From the human T2T-CHM13v2.0 reference genome, Homo sapiens, in assembly GCF_009914755.1 (NCBI RefSeq), contig NC_060926.1: DNA of 64,000 nt; one strand, 5' to 3'. Positions within the stretch are counted from its first letter, which is position 1. Every line of letters begins with the position of its first letter. A model generated the notes under the pieces. That model was not told the origin of the DNA. It ran no database searches and saw only the letters and a list, made by a program, of their open reading frames with translations. Positions 53,481-64,000 of the stretch are shown one piece after another. The translations under genes were made by a program, and so were the position numbers.

Positions 53481-55834
53481 AGAAAAGACTTATGAAGTGC
53501 CAGGCACTGTGTGAGGGCCTCCACATACCTGTTTGATTAAACCTTGGACAACAGGCATCATCTCTACTATGAAATGAGGAAACTAAGACCCCTGGAAGTT
53601 AACAGCTTTCTCACAGCCATCTGATAACTTGATTATAACCTGCAAACCACAAGTATAGGAAGGTGTAGGATTTGGCCATACAAGAATCAATGAAACCAAA
53701 AGTTTGTACTTTGAAAGGATAAACAAGATTGATAGACCACTAGCTAGATTACAAAAAAAAAAAAAAGACAGACGATCCAAATAAGCACAATCACAAATGA
53801 CAAAGGTGACATTACAACCAATCCCACAGAAATACAAAAGATCCACAAAGACAATTATGAATACCTCTGTGCACACAAGCTAAACAGCTAGAGAAAATGG
53901 ATAAATTCCTAGAAACATAGTCTCCTAAGATTGAATCAGGAAGAAATCAAAACCCTGAGCAGACCAATATCGAGTTCCAAAATTGAACCAATAATTAAAA
54001 AACCGACCAACCAAAAAAAAAAAAGCCCCGGACCAGATGGCTCCACAGCCAAATTCTACCAGTCATACAAAGAAAAGATGGTACCAATTATACTGTAACT
54101 ATTCCAACAAATCAAGGAGGAAGGACTCCTCCCTAACTCATTCTATGAAGCCAGCATCACCCTGATACCAAAACTTGGCAAAGACACAATGAAAAAAGAA
54201 AACTACAAGCCAATATCTCAGATGAACATATGCAAAAATCCTCAACAAAATACTAGCAAACTGAATCCAGCATTGCATCAAAAAGTCAATTCACCTTGAT
54301 CAGGTAGGCTTCATTCCTAGGATACAAGCTTGGTTCAACATACACAAATCAATAAATGTGATTCACCACATAAACATAATTCAAAACAAAAATCACATGA
54401 TCGTCTCAATAAATGTGGAAAAAGCTTTTTATAAAATACAATATCCTTTCATGATAAAAACCTTCAAGTAAGTAGGCACTGAAGTAACGTACCTCAAAAT
54501 AATAACAGCCACTATGAAAATTCCAGAGCCAACATCATACTAAACAGGCCAAAACTGGAATGATTTCCCTTGAGAAATGGAACAAGACAAGGATGCCCAC
54601 TCTCACCACTCCTATTCTACACAGTACTGGAAGTTCTTGCCAGAACTATCAGGCAAGAGAAAGAAATAAAAGCCATCAAAATAGGTAAAGAAGAACTACC
54701 TCTCTTTATTGACAATATGATTCTATACCTAGAAGACCCTAAATACTCCACCAAAAAGCTCCTGGAGCTAATCAATGACTTCAGTAAAGTTTCAATGCCT
54801 AGGTACATATATAACTAAAGAGGTGAAAGATCTCTACTAGTAGAACTGCAAAATACTGCTGGAAGAAATTATAGGTGACATCATACAACAAATGGAATAA
54901 CATTCCATGCTCATGGATTAGAAGAATCAATATCATTAAAATGGCCATACTTCCCAAAGCAATCTACAGATTCAGTGCTATTCCTATCAAGCTACCAGCA
55001 TCGTTTTTCACAGAATTATAAAAAAACTATTCTAAAATTCATATGGAAACAAAAAAGAGTCCAAATAGCCAAAACAATCCTAAGCAAAAAGAACAAAGCC
55101 AGAGACACCACATTACCTGACTTCAAACTACCCTATAAGGCTACAGTAACCAAAACAGTATAGTATTGGTACAAAAACAGACACATAGACCAATGGCAGA
55201 GAATAGAGAACCCAGAAATAAAGCTGCACACCTATAGCCATCTGATCTTTGACAAAGTTGACAAAAATAAACAATGAGTAAAAGATCCCCTGTTCAATAA
55301 ATGGTGCTGGGATATCTGACTAGCCATATGCAGAAGAATGAAGTTTTTGTACCCCTACCTTTCACCATATACAAAAATGAACTGAAAATGAGCTAAAGAT
55401 TTAAATCTAAGACCTTAAACTATATGAATCCTAGAAGAAAACCTAGGAGACACCATTCTGGACATTGGCCTTGGGAAATAATATATGACAAAGTCCTTAA
55501 AAGTAATTGCAATGAAAATAAAAATTGACAAGTGAGACCTAATTAAACTAAAGAGCTTCTGCACAGCAAAAGAAACTATTAACAGAGTAAACAGACAACT
55601 TACAGAATGGGAGGAAATATATGCAAACTATGCATTGACAAAGTCAAGAACCCCATTTAAAAAATGGGCAAAAGACTTGAGCAGATATTTCTCAAAAGAA
55701 GACATACAAGTGGCCAAGAAACATGAAAAAATGCTCAACATTGCTAATCATCGGAGAAATGTAAATCAAAACCACAATGAGATATCATTTCACACCAGTC
55801 AGAATGGCTATCCTAAACATGTCAAAAAACACCA

Positions 55835-55968
55835 GGCCAGGTGCAGGCTGTAAACCCACCACTTTGGGAGGCTGACGTGGGAGGATGGCTTGAAACCAGG
55901 AGTTTGAGATCAGCCTGGGCAACACAGTAAGATCCTGTCTCTACAAAAATAAAAAAATAAAAACAAAA
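55835..55968 (+). mobile_element. FLAM/AluJ left monomer inside L1
   Basis: ggaggatggcttgaaaccaggagtttgagatcagcctgggcaacacag; L1 sequence continues on both sides. Confidence 0.8.
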
Positions 55969-56424
55969 ACAGATGCTGGGAGGCTGCAGAAAAAAGGGAA
56001 TGCTTTTAAGTGTTGGTGGGAATGTAAATTAGTTCAGCCACTGTAGAAAGCAGTTTGGAGATTTCTCAAAGAACTTAAAACAGAACTACCATTTGGCCCA
56101 GCAATCCCATTGCTGAGTATATATCCAAAAGAAAATAAATTGTTCTACCAAAAAGACACATGTACTCTTATATTTATTGCAGCACTATTCACAGTAGCAA
56201 AGATGTGGGATCAATCTAGGTGCCCATCAATGGTGGACTGGTTAAAGAAAATGTTGTACATATATAATTCATGGAATACTATGCAGCCATAAAGAAGAAT
56301 GAAATCATGTCCTTTGCAGCAACTTGGATGTAGCTGGAGGCCATAATCCTAAGCAAGTTAACACAGGAACAGAAAATCAAATACCACATGTTCTCACTTA
56401 TAAGTGGGAGCTAAAGAGTGAGTA

Positions 56425-56511
56425 CTGTTTAAATGGTTCTGAATGGTTCCTGGTTACAGTTGTGAGGATTACAGAAGCGAGGGTGTCAAGGAGATGGTCC
56501 AAGGAGCTCAG
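56425..56511 (-). repeat. 87-bp exact inverted copy of 57695-57781
   Basis: Base-by-base reverse-complement identity; also visible as the same peptide CLNGSEWFLVTVVRITEARVSRRWSKEL in ORFs 56324..56554(+) and 57589..57906(-). Confidence 0.97.
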
Positions 56512-56741
56512 TGAGTACATAAAGAAGGCAACAATAAACACTGGGGATTACTAGAGGGGAGAGGAAAGGGAGAAAAGGTTGAAAAATGAACTATTGGGTA
56601 CCATGCTCAGTACCTGGGTGTTGGGATCAATTGTACCCTAAACCTCAGCATTACACAATGTATCCAGGAAACAAATCTCCATATGTACCCCCAAATCTAA
56701 AATAAAAGTTGAAATTGTTTTAAAAATATAAAATACAAAAT

Positions 56742-56892
56742 AAAAATTAGCTGCGTATGGTGACAACTCCCTGTAGTCTCAGCTACTCAGGAGGCTAAAG
56801 TGGGAGGATCCCTTGAGCCCAGGAGGTTGCAGTGAGCTATGATTGCATAGCTCACTCTGGCCTGGTGATAGAGTGAGGCCCTGTCTAAAAAA
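56742..56892 (+). mobile_element. AluJ right monomer/FRAM after the L1 tail
   Basis: aaaattagc...ggaggatcccttgagcccaggagg...gtgagctatgattgc. Confidence 0.8.
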
Positions 56893-59800
56893 GAGAGAGA
56901 GAGAATTATAAGCGAAGCCATGGACAGTTGGCAGGGAACCTAGATTTCTAAGAAAATTTCAATTTGATATGGATCTAATTTAACTATATTCTGGAGTCTA
57001 TATTCATCTTATATTGCTGTTTTATTGAATACTCCCTTGATGAGTTTGGCTTGTATTGGAGTAAATTGGGCCCCTTACTCTGATATTGATCATTCACACC
57101 AATGACTCATTTTTCTTCTAATGACCAATTGACCAATTTAGGGAGTATATCTAAGTTTATTTTAAAAGTTATTTTGATTCCACAATATCACTAGCAATTA
57201 CCTGGACCTGTGGTATCATGAGATCTGCAAGAGATAATATTATCTTTAAAAACTAGTTTTTTATTTAAAAAAAAAAAAAAAACAGTACGAGTGAAGAAGA
57301 AAAAGAGATCATGTTATCCTCCCTTTGGTCTGTAGATCATACTTATGCGTAACTACAGAAGTAAAATCAGACATGACTACCCAGTGATGTAGGGGACAGC
57401 CTTCCCAACAAACATCTGTGTCCCTGGACATTGGCCCTGATCTTTCATCTGATACTCCCACCTGCAGCCACTCTCTAGGCAGGGTGCAGTTCCAAATTAG
57501 AAGCTCTTCTCTGTGGAGTTGTTAGGTCAGCGGCATTGGCTCCCACTCCCAGCACATCCTCCATTGTGCCTCTCATCCAGTCATTCTGTCATGATGACCA
57601 AGTGAGCTGGAACCATTTGGGAGGGACAAGAGAGCAGATAGAGGGGAAGCAGAAACCACCCACCTTCCCTACTTTTTCCCATGTGCCACCTTTTCTGAGC
57701 TCCTTGGACCATCTCCTTGACACCCTCGCTTCTGTAATCCTCACAACTGTAACCAGGAACCATTCAGAACCATTTAAACAGCAGTGATTCCTTGAGGATT
57801 TATCATCCAGAAACTTCTCCAAGTTCCAGGTGCCCAAACTCCCTCTCTCAAGTAGACAGACCCTTTTGGGAAATAAATAATATTCTTTGGCATTTGTTTT
57901 CCTCAAGCGTTGGTTTTCCAGAACATAGTTAAGTCACTTGCCACATTTATTTCCCTCTGGACTTTGGTGCCCTGGGAAATAAGGTGGTTTTTCATATTGA
58001 ACCTGCTAAAATGCAGTTTGGAGCAAGTGAAGTGTAGTTAGGCTGGGAGAAGAAGGAGCAGTTCTCTAGCTAATGCATGTGAGGATTTTTACTTGACTCC
58101 TATTAATACTAATGCACAGGGATCTGCCAAAATCCCTGTACACAGAGATGAAAATATATGCTTTGGTGTAGAGATTTCCTGTTACACTGTTGATAATTCA
58201 TTGTATGATGTGATCAACTTATACTATAAAAATGGCACTTATACATCACACTTTGAAGATGCTTTTTATTGACTTAATGTGAATATTATTGCCATCGTTT
58301 ATTATAGAGAAGTATCTTGTAGTAATTGAAATACAACATGGTGTCATTAATCATTCTGAATACAAAATGTTAACTTTAAACTGGTCACACTGTATTAAAT
58401 GCTCCTCTAACCATAAAGCAATTAGATTTGCAAGCCTGTAAAAAGCTGGATATTTGGGATGTCGTGTAACTAGCACTTACAACACATATCTGTATTAGAT
58501 TTTTCAGCAGTTTGCTTTAACTGAAATCATATTGTTTTGTTTGGGTAGATCTTCTCTTTCAATGTGTATTTACTAAATAAAATGATTGTCTGAAGTCATT
58601 TCACACAACCAGAGAGTAGGACTGTTTTCCTCATCTCTGTGTTGACTTTGAAAACTATTTTTAACTATCTTACCCATATTTCCAATATTTATCTTAATTA
58701 AAGATAAACTGGTATCCTAAATAAAGTGGTACTGTCAGACCAAAAAAAAAAAAAAAACCCACTGAAAATGAGATGAAGGGCTGATGACAGCTTTCTGCCC
58801 ACACGTCATTCTGTTCTGTGCTGTTCCAGAAGTCCCAGTTGTTATCAAGTAGAGACTGAGATTTTATAGGTCAAATTATTTTGGGGTCTTGTGTTTCTTC
58901 TCATGCAGCTGAATATGACTAATTACAAAAATCGCTTCTAACTTGCAAACCACAGGTACAGAGAGAAAATTTTCTTTTCTCTATTTGGGCTGAGAGATAT
59001 ACGAAAGAAGAGTTATTCAGTTTGGGATATAATACTAACCATGTAGTGAAGAAAAATTTAAGTCTATCTTTAATCCATCTTTTATATCAGAAAATAATTC
59101 TTGGGCATATGACAGTTTATCTACATTCTTACATAGTTCAACTTTAAGAAGCTGCTTTCTTTATCTCAGTCATTTATAAAAATAACGCACTGGGTGGTAT
59201 TTTCATATTTAAAACATTTATGCAATAATTTCACTTTTGTTAAAATAGTCTCCTTTTTGACTATAGAAGTAATACATGCTCATAACAGATAATCCTTAAA
59301 ACACAAAGAAGAAATTAAGTCAACCATAATGCCTCAAGGCAATATTTTCAAAGGCTCACGTAACCATTTTAAATGATGCAGGGAAGTTTAAAACACTCAT
59401 TGGAGACACTTCCTTTTCTTTTCATTTGGGATAAACTGATTAGCAATTTAGAACCCTTGATGTGATAGGTAACACAGTGATTCTATGTCATTTCAAATTC
59501 AACTTTTGTCAGTAGCATTTCTCTTCATAAGCACATTTATTTTTGCCCATTTTGCAAAGAAATTAAAATGAAAATGTATGAAGAGTCCCAGAAGGTAGTC
59601 TCTTTTGAAAAGCTGTTTACTTGCCTTGGGCATGGTTTGGGAGGGTAAAGGTCAAGGATGGGTCACAAGAGAGCCCCACAGGCTGTCCATTCAGACACGC
59701 TCAATACTCTTTCATCTCTTTCTGTTTTTGTTGACACCAGCTGTGCCTACCTTAATCCTCCCTGTGAGTTTACATCTTTTTTCTTAATAATCTATAAGCA

Positions 59801-61229
59801 AACCATAGAAAAGGGGCATGTGCTGACTAGAAAGTAATGGTTGGGGAGCAGGCGATGGAAAGAAAAGGCAAAGGAAAAAGAAGTGTAATGGGGAACAAAT
59901 TCCTTTTATAAATGTCAGAAAACCAACAGTGGATTTGACAAGATTTGATTTGACTCAGAGCATCAGCGGAAGCTGTAATTCTTAAACATTATCCAACACC
60001 TGAAACAAAGGAATAATAATATGCTACATTTCTTACAAGAATCTCAAAATGCTTTCCACAAATAATCTTTTTTGAAAAGTATAATAGGCGACAAGTACAT
60101 TTCATGATTTTGAAGATTTTGACAATCAGAAATGTTCAATACAACTAGCATTATAGATGATATGTAATGCTTGTATTTTGCATGTATGTTTCTAATAAGT
60201 AACACTACCTAAGTGAGATGCTATCCCTTAGTCACCCCCTTTCCTAAAACATAAAGATGGGGGTGAAGTGAGGTCTTAATGGATTTCTGAAACTCTCAGT
60301 GTGTGAAGAAAGGGAAGCAGGTGGTAGAAGGAAAATCAGTGCACCTTAGTCAAATTTATTGGCCAAAAAGAATATGAAAATGCATTGATTAGATAAGAGA
60401 GAAAGATTTTAGAAAGAAAAACAAGAACAATGAAAGTCCTGGAAATACACTGTGATGGCTACTATCTGCAAAATCCAATTAAGAACATGTTAATTGTTTG
60501 ATGTTTATATTGCTACACTCATTGTTTGACAATGCCCAATTGTGACCCCACCTGTGGAGGGCCACAGGTTGGAACTGCGTGTTGACACTTACAGAAGAAG
60601 TGGTGCTGATGCTGTGATCTATGAGGAAAAATAGGAGGCAACAAAGGAATCAAAGGCAGATAATACCTTATGCAACATCTAGGGAATTTTTAGCATATTT
60701 ATTACTTTGTTTCTGTTGAAAAGGAAAAAAAAATCTAATATGAACCACAAACGTGGGGGTGGAGTGGGAAAAGGAAGGAAGGAAGGGTCATCTCTTCAGA
60801 GAGATGGGAGCCCAGGCTGGATGTGATGGGTAAGGCTGAGATGCTAAGTGCCCTGCAGTAACCCGTGGCAACAGCCATTCCCAGAACAGCTGTCAAGCAG
60901 TGACTTAAATGGATGACCCAAGTGCTGGGTTTGTTTTTATTTGGTTGCTTGTTTTTTAACCCTGATGTATGGCTTTGAACACCTAGGGACTCTCTTTTGG
61001 AAGAAACAAGCTGGCAAATATTTGAGGTTCAGAATACATCTTTTCTTAAATACCCAAGGGAAACAACTTCACTGCCATGAACACCAAAGAACTGGTAAAT
61101 ATATTACCCTTAAAAGCCCAATTCCAAAATTTAGTGCATGCCTTGTACAAATTACTGTCATTCTAATTAATGCTTTCTGCTGGTTTTAAGAAAATAGTCC
61201 CACAAATGGAATTTCTTTCCTCCTATCCT

Positions 61230-61460
61230 ATCGGAGTCAGAATACCCGGATCCAAACCCTAACTCTTCCACCATTCATTAGTGTGTAATGTAAGGCAACA
61301 CTCCACACTTAGTTTATACTTCTACAAAATGAGGGTAACAATAGGACTTACCTCCTCACAATGCTTTGAGAACTAAATCAGTCGGCTCAGGTAAAGCATT
61401 TAGCACAGTGCATGGCGCATCATTAATGTCCAGAAAAAAGTTAGCTAGCCATTATTACTG
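61230..61460 (+). mobile_element. MIR SINE
   Basis: ggagtcagaatacccggatcc...tctacaaaatgaggg...gtaaagcatttagcacagtgc. Confidence 0.7.
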
Positions 61461-61938
61461 TATTTTAGTAAATATAAAATGCTATCGATTGTATGATACA
61501 TCATTATTTTATGTATCACTAAGAAAAATTTATGCCAATCAACTATAACACAATGCTTTCTTACTGGCAGTTTCTTATTTTATGCTTTGGTGAAAGTTCT
61601 TTTAAACTTACTACATATGTATTTTTTAATCATATATTATTCTTGTGTATACATTAAAAAAGAAATATCAGTTAAATAATTTATTCCTAAAACTTGTTAG
61701 AATTAGAGCCTGATTCTACTGATTTTTTTTTTTTTTTTTTTTGAGGTATCAAAGCTCTGTACCAAAACCACCAGGGAAAACTGCTGATCACAGAAAAACT
61801 GGGTTTATTAAACTTGCTGAGCAAAAGAAAGCACCACCTTAAGAGTTTCAGTATTCTCAAAAGGCGAGTCAGGGAAAGGTACTGCTCATGTTCCATGAGG
61901 TGTAGGGGTTGTCACAAGGTGATCTGGGGCAGAAATTA

Positions 61939-62011
61939 TTAAGTCGGTGCAAAAGTAATTGGGGTTTTTGCAATAACTGCAAAAACCCCAATTACTTTTG
62001 CACCAACCTGG
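61939..62011. mobile_element. MADE1 (Hsmar1-derived mariner MITE), palindromic
   Basis: ggtgcaaaagtaattg ... caattacttttgcaccaacct Hsmar1 TIRs. Confidence 0.92.
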
Positions 62012-64000
62012 TAGTAAGTGAGAGCTGGGCAGGGATAGGTTGAAATTTGTAATGAGAAGTCAGTGGTCTTATCTTGGAACATATTAGTCTTAACCAGCTG
62101 GTATCAAAACCCCTTATATTTAGTTTGCTATGCATGTCATGGTTTGTACAGTTTATCTGACCCATTGCCATCAACATCCACATTTTTCCACCCAACATCA
62201 TGCTCTGTGCCATTAAGAGCATTGTTGATGCCCTGCTTCCATTGCCTACAGTTTTCCTTTGCAGTAGCTGGCTCCCATTTTGAAAGTTTCAACGTCCATG
62301 TGTGGTACATCATGACTGCTGCTTGGCTGATGGTGATTTTGATATGCCTCATGATTTCAGAATTGACAGAATGTGAAAAAATTGTGCAATTTAGAATCAA
62401 TAAAATAGAGTAATAATTTGATAACAATAAAGTCTAATTCTCATCTCGGAGAGTAGAACCAATCAAATGTTTAAACTCCCATTAGAGAAGTAGTTAATTC
62501 TGGGAGATAAGTAAAAAAAGTATCATAAAACTACAGTGCAAAAATATTTACCCCCTTGTAGACAGATCCTGACGACCCCTCTTCAAACCTAAAGGGCAGT
62601 TTTTATTGTTTGTTTTGCTCTGATCCTTATAATTGTAGCATTAATTTTATTTCCTCAACTTAACAATTAACTACTTTTTCAAGTCTTTTTCTACTGGGAA
62701 AGTATCTTGTTCCCAAAGAAATAATCTAAACCATGTAAAGAGACAAAGCCTGAAGTGTTTTGCCTGTAGAATTGCTGTGCCACGGGATGAAATTAGAAAG
62801 GATTAAGATACTCAAAGGTACATTTTTAATTGGATTTTTTAATTGGATGGATTTGAACTTGGCTCCATTGTAACTTGCCCAATAAGCATAATGGTAGCTC
62901 CCAAGAAGTCAAGTCCAGCAGCAATCAGGACTGTGACTTTTGGACTCACTGATTTCCCAGAAATGGTGTGTGTGCCTATTCACATACTGTGTGGGGATGC
63001 GGAGGGAGAGAACCGAAAATCTATTTATATTGTTAATATTATGCTTTCCTCTGAAAGATTACCCAAAATGTCAGGCTTACAGATAATGGCCACATTGCCT
63101 TATGACTAGAATGGGTGAAGGAAGAAATTTCATATATTACCAGGCAAATGAAGAGTTTTAGAAGCCCCATACGGTGAACAGATGTTAGGGCTCCATTCCC
63201 TCTTGTGCCTGATAGTAATTCAAATTAAAATAATACTAAGTCAGAAAATGAGCTTTTATTTCTCCAACAACATTCTGATTTCTCCATGACTATTTTGACA
63301 CTTTTTTTTTTGAGATATGAAAAATCTTGTTTCTTCTTTTTGAACAAAAGAAATGTCAGCCACCTGGCATTGCTAATGTCCTGAACATATGCTTTGTCTG
63401 CCTGCTGGGTAATCCACACTGGGTGGCATCTTGGTTTGCTTCTGGATCAGGAAATGCTCTCAGCTTTAGGCTGTGCAGAATGGAGACATTCGAATAAAAT
63501 CATGAACGTTTTTTGTGTTCATTTGTGAGCAAAATCCCTCCCGTACCCCTTCCCTAACCCAGCATCAAATGGGTTGTTTCTCAAAGTACAATTCAGATTT
63601 TCTTTACTGCAGATTATTCACTCTGTTGGGTTTCTTTATCTGAAATTATCCTGGGGAACCTTTGTGTTTGAAGCTCAAAATGATATGAAAAGTCAAGTTA
63701 AAAAAAAAAAAAGGCAAACCTAAAAGCCGAAGGCGTGTGTTGGAAGCAGGAAAATCATTCCTTGAACTCCCCAGGAGTTGATCAAAGAGACAGCCATAAA
63801 TTGCAACAAAGGCAGAGATCTACTCTGCTCTGAAAGCCAGCCAGAAACACTGGAAATGTTTCATTATTTATTTCATTAATTCTGTGATAGCAATCTCTAC
63901 TGACAAGATTTGCAAATCTAATCATTTATTAATGAAACGTGTCTAGTAGATTGTGCCAAAGATCTTCCTGAGGTCCCAGCCTCTGAATGGCGGCAGCCCT

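Larger units (their letters stand above)
53678..56740 (+). mobile_element. 5'-truncated old primate L1 (L1PA15-17-like); decayed ORF2 RT region and 3' UTR
   Basis: ORF2 remnants ([13 protein letters not shown]; [20 protein letters not shown]; [14 protein letters not shown]) with stops, frameshifts and internal deletions. L1 3' UTR and A-rich end; interrupted by an Alu monomer and an 87-bp templated insertion. Confidence 0.93.

Noticed and set aside
54570-56292. Reverse-transcriptase-like peptides
   Set aside because: Fragments of a dead L1 ORF2 with stops, frameshifts and deletions; not a functional or novel RT system.

Overview
Human (primate) genomic DNA around the 5' end of KLF7. The first coding exon lies on the minus strand (9657-9758, [34 protein letters not shown], then a GT donor). 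Bases 1-9656 are intron 1. A CpG-island promoter (~10190-11320) contains the MIR7845 hairpin on the plus strand and candidate alternative first exons. The remaining ~52 kb is non-coding upstream sequence dominated by interspersed repeats (Alu, L1, L2, MIR, near-full-length Tigger1, MADE1, MaLR/ERV1 LTRs), with a few repeat-free, enhancer-like blocks. Almost all ORFs in the supplied track are spurious. I see no evidence of a new multi-gene system. The most unusual directly visible signals are: (1) a 100%-identical 87-bp inverted copy of nearby unique DNA inserted into an old L1 between 9-bp direct repeats; (2) a MADE1 whose two arms carry matching departures from consensus, giving a perfect 27-bp hairpin; (3) uORFs in the KLF7 leader, one overlapping the start codon; (4) phase-0 alternative first exons that would remove the KLF7 N-terminus; (5) a MEF2+TATA module pointing away from KLF7 into MIR7845. 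Repeat family names and boundaries come from visual recall of consensus sequences and are approximate.
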